The translations under genes and the position numbers were made by a program. The notes under the pieces are model-generated. The model ran no database searches, was not told where the DNA came from, and saw nothing but the letters and a program-made list of their open reading frames with translations. From sequence record SRR2962707_1575: a DNA stretch of 50,028 nt. One strand, written 5' to 3'. Shown piece by piece: positions 37,641 through 47,811 of this stretch. How positions within the stretch are numbered: position 1 is the first letter of the stretch; each line of letters starts with the position of its first letter.

Positions 37641-38591
37641 TTACTTCTTGATGCCGGCCGAGTCAGCAATACCCTGCCACTTGGTCAGCTCGCGATCCAC
37701 TTGGTCAGAGAACTCTGCCATTGTGGTCCCATTCAACGTCCAATCAAGCGGTGTCACCGTGTCGATGAACTTTTGGTTGGCCAAAGCTTCGTTGATATCC
37801 GCGTTGATCTGAGCTGTGATCGCTGGATCTGTACCTGCCGGGGCAAAAACACCCAACCACTGCTTGATTTCAAGATCGTCATAGCCCAATTCTGCGGCAG
37901 ACGGGACATCTGGCAGAACCGCGATACGCTCATTGCCTAGAACGGCCAACGGACGCACTTTGCCTGCTTCGATGTTCTTGCCAGCCGAACTTACGCTGGA
38001 ACCATAGATGTCAGTTTCACTGCTAAGGATCGACACAACAGCGGGGCCGCCCCCTTTGAAGTGAACAACATCAACATCCGCACCACTGTCGGCGATGAAT
38101 TTTTCCATCGCAAAGTGCGTTGTCGTTCCCAGACCCGCCGTCGCGGCGAATTTCGGGCTTTCTTTACTGGCCTCAATGAAATCTTCCAACGTGTTGTAAG
38201 GAGAGTTCGAATTGGTGATCAGAACAAAGGAGACGTGCCCCACATTGACGATCGGCACCAGATCCGTGCGCGAGTCAAATGGTAGATCAGGGTTAATTGC
38301 CGGTGCAGTCACAAAGGCCGACGACGTCATCAAAAGTGTATGACCATCATTTGCCGCTTGCGAGACATAGGCTGTCCCGATCATCGAGCCCCCACCCGGA
38401 CGGTTATCAACCACGACAGGTTGACCCCATTTCTCTTCCAGATATGGCGCTAAATGGCGTGTGAAGACATCGGTGTTCCCTGACGGTGAATAGGGCACCA
38501 CAATTGACACTGGTCCGGTTGGAAAGTCAGCCGCCATTGCTGGAACGGCTAATCCCATTGCGGTCAGGGCCGCTGCGATAATTCTCTTCAT
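37641..38591 (-). CDS. tctC: TTT substrate-binding protein (TctC/Bug)
   Basis: Signal peptide, FP..PV.IVVPYSPSG.TD, DNRPGGG, HFKGGG; GGAGG RBS. Confidence 0.92.
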   Translation of the reverse strand: MKRIIAAALTAMGLAVPAMAADFPTGPVSIVVPYSPSGNTDVFTRHLAPYLEEKWGQPVVVDNRPGGGSMIGTAYVSQAANDGHTLLMTSSAFVTAPAINPDLPFDSRTDLVPIVNVGHVSFVLITNSNSPYNTLEDFIEASKESPKFAATAGLGTTTHFAMEKFIADSGADVDVVHFKGGGPAVVSILSSETDIYGSSVSSAGKNIEAGKVRPLAVLGNERIAVLPDVPSAAELGYDDLEIKQWLGVFAPAGTDPAITAQINADINEALANQKFIDTVTPLDWTLNGTTMAEFSDQVDRELTKWQGIADSAGIKK

Positions 38592-38622
38592 AGTTTTCCT
38601 CCTTGAGATATTTTGTCGTTTC

Positions 38623-40137
38623 TTATGTCGTAGATGTGCGATCCGCCCGGCGCTTACGATTGCCTTCAGAGCTCCAAACGCTCCACAAAAGGATCAAACC
38701 GGTAAGCGTCATGATCACGGCGCTGAGAGGACGATCAAAGAACGTCATGAAGTCTCCTCGACCGAGCAACATGGCGCGACGGAAGTGCTCTTCCATCAAG
38801 GGCCCCAACACGAACCCCAACAGCATCGGCGCCCCTGGAAAGCGAAAGATGCGCATCGCATAGCCCAAGGCTCCAAAGGTAAAGACCATCCAAACCGTGA
38901 TTGCCGAAAAGCTTGCGGTGTACGCGCCGATGCAGATGAACAGCAGAACAGACGGGTAAAGAATATGATAGGGAATGGTCAGCATGCGCACCCAAACACC
39001 AATCAACGGAATGTTCAGAAGCAATAGGATGATATTGCCCACCCAGAAGCTCATGATCAGTCCCCAGAACAGTTCTGGTTCGTCGGAAATCAATGTCGGA
39101 CCCGGGGCAATCCCGTGGATCATAAGCGCGCCCAGCATCAGCGCCATCGTAGCACTGCCTGGAACACCAAGGCTTAGCGTCGGAATGAAGGCTGTTTGAT
39201 CCGCTGCGTTATTCGCCGCTTCGGGCGCCATAATGCCTTCGATGGCGCCCTTACCGAACTGCTCTGGCGTCTTGGATAGTCGTTTTTCGATCGCATAGGA
39301 CAGGAATGCCGCAATCGAAGGCCCGGTGCCGGGGAGCGTTCCAAAGAAAGACCCCATCGACGCGCCCCTTAACATTGGAAACCAAGACCGGCGAACATCA
39401 TCTTTTGTCGGCTTAATCGCCTTCAGTTTTACGCTTTCGGGATCGATATCCGCGGCTTTGACACGACGGACAGACATGATGATCTCAGCGACCCCAAAGA
39501 CGCCCATCGCCAGAGCAATTAAGCTAACACCTTCCAAAAGCCCCAAGGATCCAAATGTGAACCGCGCCGTCGCCGTCTGAGAATCCATGCCGACCAGCCC
39601 AAAAACCACGCCGAGCGTCATCATGGCCAGACCTTTAATCGCGGACCCTTCGGAAATGGTCGAGGCCGCTACCAACCCCATTAACATCAGCGCAAAATAC
39701 TCCGCCGATCCAAATCGCAACGCGTATTCCGCGATAATCGGGGTAAACAGCGTTAGCAGAATGATACCGAACGTCGCTCCAAAGAATGACGCAACCGTGG
39801 TCATGAACAACGCGACACCGCCCCTGCCCTGACGGGCCATCGGGTATCCATCCAGACACGTCACGGCGTTGGCCGGCGTCCCCGGAATGTTGAGGAGAAT
39901 AGACGCTGTACTCCCGCCGTAGGTCGTGCCGTACCAAATGCCCGCCAGCATGATCAGGGCTGTTGTCGGTTCCAGGTTAAACGTCAGTGGAAACAGCATT
40001 GATATTGCTGCGAGAACACCAACACCGGGAATGACCCCAACAAAGGTGCCAAGCAAAGCGCCCAAAAAGCAGTAAAAGAGGTTGGTCAGACTAAGCGCGA
40101 CGCCCAGACCAAGACCGAGGTTACCAATTAATTCCAT
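38623..40137 (-). CDS. tctA: TTT large membrane subunit
   Basis: GVIPGVG, YGGSTASILLNIPG, DGYPMARQG, APEAANNA; TAATG overlap with tctB. Confidence 0.94.
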   Translation of the reverse strand: MELIGNLGLGLGVALSLTNLFYCFLGALLGTFVGVIPGVGVLAAISMLFPLTFNLEPTTALIMLAGIWYGTTYGGSTASILLNIPGTPANAVTCLDGYPMARQGRGGVALFMTTVASFFGATFGIILLTLFTPIIAEYALRFGSAEYFALMLMGLVAASTISEGSAIKGLAMMTLGVVFGLVGMDSQTATARFTFGSLGLLEGVSLIALAMGVFGVAEIIMSVRRVKAADIDPESVKLKAIKPTKDDVRRSWFPMLRGASMGSFFGTLPGTGPSIAAFLSYAIEKRLSKTPEQFGKGAIEGIMAPEAANNAADQTAFIPTLSLGVPGSATMALMLGALMIHGIAPGPTLISDEPELFWGLIMSFWVGNIILLLLNIPLIGVWVRMLTIPYHILYPSVLLFICIGAYTASFSAITVWMVFTFGALGYAMRIFRFPGAPMLLGFVLGPLMEEHFRRAMLLGRGDFMTFFDRPLSAVIMTLTGLILLWSVWSSEGNRKRRADRTSTT

Positions 40138-40586
40138 TAGAAGGGCCACCGAAACAGGGGCACTTGCAGGCCCAGTCCAAACTTGAAGACGCCCGGAGCA
40201 ATCAAGCAAAGCGCAAGGCTCAACAAAGCGACACTTGCAGGCTTGACCCGCAATTCAGCGAGCGAAGAAATAATAACAATCCCCAGAATTGCCGGGATCA
40301 TTCCGAAGGGCGCGATCAAAAGCGCAAAAGCCGCCACGCCGCCCAAAACAAAAAGCGGGGACCAAATGCGAATATCAGGTCGATGTCCTTCGCGGCGGAA
40401 AGATTGAATGACCAGGATGAGACCTAAGATCGCCAAGAGGCCGCCAAGACCTGCCGGAAACATTCCCGGCCCCATGCGGCTCATGGTGCCAAGCGAGTAG
40501 TTGCTGATAGCAATTCCTGAGACCGCCCCACCGGCCAGAATGAGCAAAGCTCCTCCCACTGTATCAGTGTAGTCGAACTTATACAT
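40137..40586 (-). CDS. tctB: TTT small membrane subunit
   Basis: Y.LGT..RMGPGMFP motif, hydrophobic helices; GGAGG RBS. Confidence 0.9.
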   Translation of the reverse strand: MYKFDYTDTVGGALLILAGGAVSGIAISNYSLGTMSRMGPGMFPAGLGGLLAILGLILVIQSFRREGHRPDIRIWSPLFVLGGVAAFALLIAPFGMIPAILGIVIISSLAELRVKPASVALLSLALCLIAPGVFKFGLGLQVPLFRWPF

Positions 40587-41044
40587 ACCTCCCCCTTCTG
40601 CGCAGACCGGGCCACATCAAGATAGGACGTGGATATTGGTTCTTTCGAACGCGCATCAATCTCGTTATTTAAATCATTAACATAGCTTTTGCACAAATAA
40701 ACGTTTTTTTTCGTTCACGCGGCAAAAAATTGGAAAATCCTCCATTCCCCCTCCCACGAAAGCCGTGAATACTGGATTCATTTGATCAACCATTGCGCTC
40801 CCTGACGCCCACCAAAAGTGTAGCTTTGTTTTTCACACATAAAACCTATACATATGATTTTAATTGCGCTATCCCTGCGGTGGGACGCGCGTGTAAATGT
40901 CTAAACTCCGACTAAAAACCGTGTCAGATCGAATTTCAAATTGCCTGCTCAGATGTGGGCTCAGCGGGAGCACCGAGCAGCATTTCGAACAATCAAGCGG
41001 CGCGACCTGTGCCGTCGAAAGTCTGCCGTTCACGGAAAGCCATT

Positions 41045-43156
41045 ATGACCAGAGTTGACCCGACCAAGACACCTTCAACCGACGCGCCAGACCCTTTTGC
41101 AAAGGGCAAAGTCAGCTTTGAGATGCACGCAGATATTGCGGTGCTGACCATCGACAATCCCCCTGTGAATGCAGGGTCATATGCGGTTCGGAAAGGGATA
41201 CTGACAACGCTGAACCAAGCAATATCCCACCGGGCCCGTGGCGCCATTCTAATGGGTGCCGGGCGATGCTTTGTTGCCGGTTCCGATCTCCGGGAATTTG
41301 GAAAACCCCTCGCTCATCCCGAGCTCCCCGATGTCATACGGGCCATCGAAGCCGCTCCTTTTCCCGTCGTTGCAGCCTTGCATGGCGTCGCTCTCGGCGG
41401 AGGGTTAGAGCTCGCACTTGGATGTGATTACCGAATCGCTGCGACTGACACCAAACTTGGATTGCCCGAGGTGTCGCTCGGCTTTGTTCCCGGGGCCGGT
41501 GGGACACAACGGCTGCCCCGGCTTGTCGGCATTAGCAAAGCGATTTCCATGATCTGCGACGCGTCGCGTATTCCGGCAAGCCAGGCCCTTTCACTGGGCC
41601 TTGTCGATGGCATTTCAGAAAAAGATTTACTGACGGATGCCATCTCATTCTTGAACAAAACCCCCCGCCCCAAAAGGCTCGCCATAGAACAAAGTCCAGC
41701 CAGTGAGTCTCTGGACCAGGTCAAAGCAGCTGAGGGGCGCGCACTTAAAAGAGGAAAAGGACGGCCCAATGTGGTCGAAGCGATCAGACTAATCAACGCG
41801 TCCGACACGGACGCCAAGACCGCACTTGCCGACGAACGTCACGTTTTTCAAACCCTGCGCCTGAGCGCGGATGCCTTTGCCTTACGCTACCTCTTCTTTT
41901 CCGAACGCCGCGCCGGGTCGGTTGACGGGCTTGATTTGAAACTGGCGGAAAAACCGAAGAAGATCGGCGTGATCGGTGGCGGCACAATGGGTCAAGGCAT
42001 TGCTCGTGCATTTTTAGCATCGGGCTTCCCCGTCACAATGATGGAGCGGGATCAGGGCGCGCTGACCCAAGCGACGGAAAAAATAGAAGAAAGTTTGACC
42101 GCCAGCGTCAAAAAAGGACGATTGTCGCAAGACGCCTGTGACGCCAGACTGAATGCATTGAACGGCGCCCTGAGCTTTGACGACTTGTCTGACTGCGATC
42201 TGGTCATTGAAGCGGTCTTTGAAGACATGACCGTCAAAAAAGACCTATTGGCAGGTTTGGAAAAGGCCTTATCGCCGGACACCATCATTGCCACAAACAC
42301 CTCCTATCTTGATATCGACGAAATGACGTCTGATCTGACCACGCCAGAGCGGGTTTTGGGTCTGCACTTCTTTAGTCCGGCCGACATCATGCCTCTTTTG
42401 GAGGTAGTACGTGCAGAAAAAACGTCCCAAGCCACTCTGGCGACAGGATTAAAACTCGTCCGCACACTGAACAAACAACCTGTGGTCTCTCGTGTCGCAG
42501 AAGGGTTTATCGGCAACCGTATTTACAATGCCTACCGCCGCCGCTCAGAAATGCTTGTTCTAGATGGCGCATCCCCCGACGCTGTGGACCAAGCCGCTCA
42601 GGCCTTTGGTTTTGCGATGGGGCCATTCCTAGTGTCTGATATGTCTGGGCTGGATATCGCCTGGGCCATGCGAAAACGGCAAGCCGCCCACCGTGACCCC
42701 AAAGCCAGATATGTGACCATTGCCGATCGCCTCTGTGAGGCCGGACGGCTTGGCCGCAAAACAGGCAAAGGTTGGTACGATTACCCCGACGGAAAACCGC
42801 AGGTGTCTAGCGATGTTGCTGACCTTATTGCCCAAGCCCGCGCTGAAGCCGACGTAACCCCTGCCTCCTTTGATACAGACATGATTCAACGGCAGCTTTT
42901 GGCGGCCATCGTAAACGAAGCCGCGCTTTTACTGGATGAAGGTGTTGCTCAAAGGCCCTCTGACGTTGATGTGACGTTAACCAATGGCTATGGCTTTCCG
43001 CGGTGGCGCGGCGGGCCGCTTTATTGGGCATCCAAACAAGATCCCGCCGCACTGGCAGCAGACCTGGACCTTTTGGCCAAGGGTGTTGGGCATGGCCACC
43101 GCAAAGGTCCAGTTCGTCGGATCCTCGATCTACTCGATCTGTCCAGCGAAGGCTGA
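41045..43156 (+). CDS. bifunctional enoyl-CoA hydratase / 3-hydroxyacyl-CoA dehydrogenase (FadN/PimF-like)
   Basis: DNPPVNA, AGSD, ALGGGLE, GLPEV..G..PGAGGTQRLPR; GGGTMG, EAVFE, TNTS, GLHFF.PA, GFIGNR. Confidence 0.92.
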   Translation: MTRVDPTKTPSTDAPDPFAKGKVSFEMHADIAVLTIDNPPVNAGSYAVRKGILTTLNQAISHRARGAILMGAGRCFVAGSDLREFGKPLAHPELPDVIRAIEAAPFPVVAALHGVALGGGLELALGCDYRIAATDTKLGLPEVSLGFVPGAGGTQRLPRLVGISKAISMICDASRIPASQALSLGLVDGISEKDLLTDAISFLNKTPRPKRLAIEQSPASESLDQVKAAEGRALKRGKGRPNVVEAIRLINASDTDAKTALADERHVFQTLRLSADAFALRYLFFSERRAGSVDGLDLKLAEKPKKIGVIGGGTMGQGIARAFLASGFPVTMMERDQGALTQATEKIEESLTASVKKGRLSQDACDARLNALNGALSFDDLSDCDLVIEAVFEDMTVKKDLLAGLEKALSPDTIIATNTSYLDIDEMTSDLTTPERVLGLHFFSPADIMPLLEVVRAEKTSQATLATGLKLVRTLNKQPVVSRVAEGFIGNRIYNAYRRRSEMLVLDGASPDAVDQAAQAFGFAMGPFLVSDMSGLDIAWAMRKRQAAHRDPKARYVTIADRLCEAGRLGRKTGKGWYDYPDGKPQVSSDVADLIAQARAEADVTPASFDTDMIQRQLLAAIVNEAALLLDEGVAQRPSDVDVTLTNGYGFPRWRGGPLYWASKQDPAALAADLDLLAKGVGHGHRKGPVRRILDLLDLSSEG

Positions 43157-43223
43157 GAACACTAGAATAGCCTGTTCGCCATGCGGAACGTCAGGCCTGC
43201 TATTTCCCAAAGGGAGTGAAAAC

Positions 43224-43889
43224 ATGAAACTTCACTGGTCACCAAGGTCGCCATTTGTGCGCAAAGTAATGATCGTTCTGAACGAAACCGACCTGCTGGC
43301 AGAGGTTGACTGTGTACGTTCTGTCGTCGCGATCAGCCAACCGCCAAACAAAGCACTGATGCAGGAAAATCCCCTGAACAAAATCCCAACTCTCATCACA
43401 GATGACGGGTTGGTTTTGTTCGACAGCCGCGTCATCTGTGAATTTCTCGACATGAAGGCTGGGACAGGCGTTTTCCCGTCTGATCCGGAAAGGCGCCTTA
43501 AACATCTGAGATGGCAGGCTTTTGCAGATGGGATGACGGATAACCTGTTGCTATGGCGCACAGAGCTTACCCGCCCGACCGGACCATGGGACGCCGTCAC
43601 AAGTGGCTGGCTGGCCAAAGTCAGGGGCACCATGGCCCTGCTTGAAAGCGAAGCAGATGAACTGAACGACGATCCCTTTGGGATTGGGCATGTCGCGCTG
43701 ATCTGTGCTTTGGGACAAATGGATTTCCGCTGGCCAGACTGCCAATGGCGGGATCATTTTCCAAAACTGGCTGCGCTGGAGAAAGAGCTATCCCAAAGAC
43801 CCTCTGTCATTGCCTCCCCAAAGGCCATTGATGACGACGAGGCCAGCAACAACCTGACGGCTTCGCTGCTGAGTTTCGATGATCTTTGA
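43224..43889 (+). CDS. glutathione S-transferase family protein
   Basis: SP.SPFVRKV, NPL.KIP.L, FDS.VICE; GGGAG RBS before ATG 43224. Confidence 0.9.
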   Translation: MKLHWSPRSPFVRKVMIVLNETDLLAEVDCVRSVVAISQPPNKALMQENPLNKIPTLITDDGLVLFDSRVICEFLDMKAGTGVFPSDPERRLKHLRWQAFADGMTDNLLLWRTELTRPTGPWDAVTSGWLAKVRGTMALLESEADELNDDPFGIGHVALICALGQMDFRWPDCQWRDHFPKLAALEKELSQRPSVIASPKAIDDDEASNNLTASLLSFDDL

Positions 43890-43967
43890 CATGGAGGGCA
43901 ACGCCGTTGGCATACGCTTTAGTCGACGAAGCTTTCACCTAAACGCGTCGGTCCGGAACTGGCAGAG

Positions 43968-45008
43968 ATGAAGCAGATTGCAACCATCGTCGGGCTCTAC
44001 CTGTTTGCCACGCCCTTTGGCTGTCTGCTGAACTGGCTTGGCGTCCCGCTGGCCTGGATGATCGGGCCTATGATTGCCACTGCGACACTGGTCAGTTGCG
44101 GGTTTGTCCGTCAGAAAATCCCGACCAATACCCGCCCATTTGGTCAGATCGTGGTCTCAACCTTTGTCGGCGCTCATTTTTCCCCCGAAGCCTTTCATGC
44201 CCTTTCACAAACTGCACCACTGGTCATCGGAATATGCCTGTTCACTTTAGTCGGCGCGCTCTTTGTTGCTCAACTCCAGATAAGGATATTTGGCACGGAC
44301 CCTGTCACCGCCATTCTGTCGGTCGTGCCAACATCCCCGGTTGAAGCGGGCATATTGGCCGAACACCACAAGGTCTCTCCGACGCCGGTGATTTTTTCGC
44401 AAACCATGCGCATCGCCATGGTCGTCCTTGTGGTGCCGTTTATGCTGTTTTTGGTAAATGGCAGCGCCGCGACTACAGCCCTTGAGCCTCAAACCGCCGC
44501 GACGGACCTTGGCGGACTGTGGATTATGATAGGCGGTGCGATTGCTGGGGTTGTCGTATTCAAACGCTTTCGACTGACAAACCCCTTTTTCTTGGGCCCC
44601 CTATTGGCGTCCTCGACGCTGGCGGCATGGGGATATCAGACATTTGTCATTCCAAATGAGGTCTTATACCTCGCGCAGCTTGTCCTTGGCACATGGCTAG
44701 GCTCATGTTTTCGCCCCGAACTTTGGCGCTCAGGTAACAGCGTTATCTCGTCGGTTTTTCTAAGTTCCTCATTGCTGATCCTGATGTGCTGGACCGGGTC
44801 GTTTCTGATTTCCTTGGTGGTTGAAGTGCCACTTTCAACGTTAGTCCTTGGTGCAGCGCCGGGCGGCGCAACCGAGATGGCACTGACGGCGGGGATACTG
44901 GGCCTGGACGTCGCCTTTGTGACCGTCATCCACCTCGCTCGGATTTTCATTATTATGCCAAGCTTGAACAGAATTGTCCGGTTGTCCCAAAAAAACTCCG
45001 CCCAGTAA
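43968..45008 (+). CDS. AbrB-family duplicated membrane protein
   Basis: P..WMIGP / P.FLGP internal duplication, Q...G..G, APGG..EM, H..R; ~10 TM. Confidence 0.85.
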   Translation: MKQIATIVGLYLFATPFGCLLNWLGVPLAWMIGPMIATATLVSCGFVRQKIPTNTRPFGQIVVSTFVGAHFSPEAFHALSQTAPLVIGICLFTLVGALFVAQLQIRIFGTDPVTAILSVVPTSPVEAGILAEHHKVSPTPVIFSQTMRIAMVVLVVPFMLFLVNGSAATTALEPQTAATDLGGLWIMIGGAIAGVVVFKRFRLTNPFFLGPLLASSTLAAWGYQTFVIPNEVLYLAQLVLGTWLGSCFRPELWRSGNSVISSVFLSSSLLILMCWTGSFLISLVVEVPLSTLVLGAAPGGATEMALTAGILGLDVAFVTVIHLARIFIIMPSLNRIVRLSQKNSAQ

Positions 45009-45027
45009 TTCGACACCTTTCACATAT

Positions 45028-45058
45028 AAAAAAAGGGGCAATACAAAATTGCCCCTTT
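45028..45058. terminator. bidirectional intrinsic terminator between convergent genes
   Basis: AAAGGGGCAAT-acaaa-ATTGCCCCTTT, preceded by an A run (T tail on the minus strand). Confidence 0.8.
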
Positions 45059-45095
45059 GGTCGTGAAATCCAGAAAATCTAGTGCTTACAGACCC

Positions 45096-45860
45096 TTACT
45101 TGAACACAGGCGGACGTTTCTCTCGGAAGGCCGCCATCGCTTCGAGCGAGTCTTCGGATGTCGAAAGGGCCTTTGTCTGGCCCTGCTCAAACCGATAACC
45201 ATCGTAGATCGACAAGTCTTCTGTCACCTGAAACGATTTTTTTGCCGCGCGTATGGCTGACGGGCTGGCCTTGGCAATATCCGCCGCGATCTCCTGTGCC
45301 GTTGCCAGAAGCTCCTCCGGAGCGGTGCACGCGGACGCGACGTTCATGCGATACAGCTCTTCACCGTACATGCGCCGCGCTGTGTAGATCAAAAGGCGCG
45401 CATCCGATTCACCAAAATGTCGGCGTACATGGGCGACGCCTCCTGCCAAACCGACCCTGACCTCGGTCATCTGAAGAAAACCTTTTTCAGACAGCACCAG
45501 AATATCACAGCACAATGCAGTCACGCAGCCAGCCCCAATCGCGGCCCCGTTCACAGCAGCAATGATCGGTTTAGGGCATTCCAAAAGACAGTCAAAGCTG
45601 GCCCGGACCCGCCGATTGTGCCCGGTATAGTGACCGGGCTCTTGCGTTGGACGCTCTGACAAATCTGCGCCCGCTGAAAAGGCTTTCCCTTCCCCAGTTA
45701 GCACAATTGATCGGACATCGTTGCGATCACCCAACTGATCGATGACGGTCACCAGCTCTTCGCGAAAAGCATTATTTTGCGCATTCACAGGAGGGCGGTT
45801 AATTGTGATCGTCGCTACAAAATCCGTTACATCCAGATTCAACGTGCTGTAATTGCCCAT
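45096..45860 (-). CDS. enoyl-CoA hydratase/isomerase family protein
   Basis: NRPPVNA, FSAGADL, AAVNGAAIGAG, EV.VGL, AFREKRPP.F. Confidence 0.9.
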   Translation of the reverse strand: MGNYSTLNLDVTDFVATITINRPPVNAQNNAFREELVTVIDQLGDRNDVRSIVLTGEGKAFSAGADLSERPTQEPGHYTGHNRRVRASFDCLLECPKPIIAAVNGAAIGAGCVTALCCDILVLSEKGFLQMTEVRVGLAGGVAHVRRHFGESDARLLIYTARRMYGEELYRMNVASACTAPEELLATAQEIAADIAKASPSAIRAAKKSFQVTEDLSIYDGYRFEQGQTKALSTSEDSLEAMAAFREKRPPVFK

Positions 45861-45913
45861 TAATTCTTGCCTCTTACGTCAAAACTCTTCTTATTCATCA
45901 ATTGCCGACCAGA

Positions 45914-46555
45914 TCACGACGTCGTCGATGATGGCATTTGCGCCAACGCGTCGCGCGATCCGGGCAAAGAAACTTCATATCCTGAAGGCAACGGAACCCG
46001 GTGTACGTTCAATGTCATGGCCACCATTGAGTAATACCCAATTACCGATGTTAGCTCGACAACTCCGACTTCCCCCCAAAGGGCGACAATGGCGTCATAT
46101 ACATCATTTTCCACATCACCAAATTGGACCAATTGCTGAGAATATTCATAGACTTTTTGCGCGTCAGTATCGCCTTCAAAGTCAGGCACATCACAGCGAC
46201 GGATCGCATCGACGATTTTAGGCTCAAGCCCGGCCGCGTCGGCATCTTTTGCATGGATTGCCCATTCCAGGTCACTGTTCCAGCGCCGGGCCGTCACAAT
46301 AATCGCCAACTCGTTCAGCCGGGTTGGGATCGACGTCTCAAATCGAAGCACCTGCCCCAAACGTTGCCAGCGGTCGGCAAGGACGGGGTTATGTAATGCC
46401 GCCCGCAAAGGTCCAACCAACGTGCGGCGTGGGCCAGAAACGATCTGTTCATAGACCTCTTTCTGCGCCGGGTTCATCGTTTCAGGTTCAGGAAAACTGA
46501 TCCTTTTTCTTGTCTCGGTGTCGCAAGCTTCCTCGGATTGGATTTGATTGGTCAT
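45914..46555 (-). CDS. carboxymuconolactone decarboxylase / AhpD-like family protein
   Basis: ELAI..TAR.W....EW..H, EL..V.GYY.M.A..LN; GGAG RBS before ATG 46555. Confidence 0.82.
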   Translation of the reverse strand: MTNQIQSEEACDTETRKRISFPEPETMNPAQKEVYEQIVSGPRRTLVGPLRAALHNPVLADRWQRLGQVLRFETSIPTRLNELAIIVTARRWNSDLEWAIHAKDADAAGLEPKIVDAIRRCDVPDFEGDTDAQKVYEYSQQLVQFGDVENDVYDAIVALWGEVGVVELTSVIGYYSMVAMTLNVHRVPLPSGYEVSLPGSRDALAQMPSSTTS

Positions 46556-46559
46556 GTTC

Positions 46560-47744
46560 TTACTCTCCAAGATCAAGTGCATCGAGAATGTCTTGCGTGT
46601 GCTGCCCCAAGAGCGGTGGGGCTGTGTCAAAGCTAAGGGGGGCATTCGCAAAATTCAGAGGTGACACAACCTGAGAAACCGTGCCGCTCAGAGGATGAGG
46701 AATATCACGTAGCATCTTGCGATGAATAAGCTGGGGTTCTTCAAAAACCCGGTCGACTGTGTTGATCGGGCCGGACGGCACACCAGCTTTGGCAAACAGA
46801 TCCACCCATTCCGTGATCGTCCGATCGGCCAAGGCTTCTTTCAAAATCGCTTCCAACTCATCAAGGTTATCCACCCGGGCCGCGTTAGTTGCGAATTTCT
46901 CGTCATCGGACAAGGCATCCCTCCCGATGACACCCGCAAACCGACGGAATTGTTCATCATTCCCAACAGCCAGAACAATATACCCATCAGACACAGGATA
47001 GACGTTCTGCGGTTGAATATTGGGATGACGATTTCCGCGACGCACCGGCGGATTTCCAGACACCAAATAGTTCATTGCCTGGTTGGCCAGCATCGCAGCC
47101 GAAACATCCAGCATCGCCAAATCAATGTGATCCCCCTTCCCCGTTTCGTTGCGGTTGGAAAGGGCGGACAGAACGCCAATCGCGGCATACATCCCGGTCA
47201 TAATATCCACGATCGGCACGCCAACTTTTTGCGGCCCGCCACCGTCAACATCATCCGGCAATCCGGTGACGCTCATTAAGCCACTCATCCCTTGGATCAT
47301 AAAATCATAGGCCGCTTCTCCCGCTTTTGGCCCCGTCAGACCAAATCCGGTAATCGAGCAGTAAATCAGCTTTGGATTAACTTTGGAGATTTCAGAATAC
47401 CCAAGCCCCATGCGATCCAACGTGCCGGTTTTGAAGTTTTCCAGCAAAATGTCAGATTTTGCGGCCAAAGCACGAACCGCGGCCTGGCCTTCGGCACTCT
47501 TCAGATCCAGCTCAACAGATTTTTTGCCGCGGTTTACAGACAGGTAGTATCCGGCTTCTTTGGTTGGGTTGCCGTCTTTGTCTTTCAGGAACGGAGGCCC
47601 CCAGCGGCGCGTATCATCACCGGCGCCACTGCGTTCAACCTTGATCACTTCGGCCCCGAGGTCCGCCAAAATCTGGCCGCACCATGGACCGGCCATGATC
47701 CGGCTCAGGTCTAAAACACGTATATGCGAAAGCGGACCCGGCAT
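46560..47744 (-). CDS. class III CoA-transferase (CaiB/BaiF)
   Basis: VLDLSRI.AGP, GDDTR.WGPP, NRGKKS, ENFK, YDF.IQ, IVD..TG; AGGAGG RBS. Confidence 0.93.
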   Translation of the reverse strand: MPGPLSHIRVLDLSRIMAGPWCGQILADLGAEVIKVERSGAGDDTRRWGPPFLKDKDGNPTKEAGYYLSVNRGKKSVELDLKSAEGQAAVRALAAKSDILLENFKTGTLDRMGLGYSEISKVNPKLIYCSITGFGLTGPKAGEAAYDFMIQGMSGLMSVTGLPDDVDGGGPQKVGVPIVDIMTGMYAAIGVLSALSNRNETGKGDHIDLAMLDVSAAMLANQAMNYLVSGNPPVRRGNRHPNIQPQNVYPVSDGYIVLAVGNDEQFRRFAGVIGRDALSDDEKFATNAARVDNLDELEAILKEALADRTITEWVDLFAKAGVPSGPINTVDRVFEEPQLIHRKMLRDIPHPLSGTVSQVVSPLNFANAPLSFDTAPPLLGQHTQDILDALDLGE

Positions 47745-47811
47745 CAAAGAGCCTCCTTATTTTTGTTGTCATTCTGGAGCGTTACGGTTGTGCGCAAGGT
47801 CGTCAGGATGT

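Noticed and set aside
655-46651. Long N-terminal extensions in the ORF track (e.g. 655, 2874, 5292, 8966, 16589, 23713, 24796, 25674, 40209, 40955, 42984, 46651) and the many short overlapping ORFs
   Set aside because: Extensions overlap neighbouring genes or hairpins while downstream starts have RBSs or stop-start coupling; the short ORFs are antisense or frame shadows of well-supported genes
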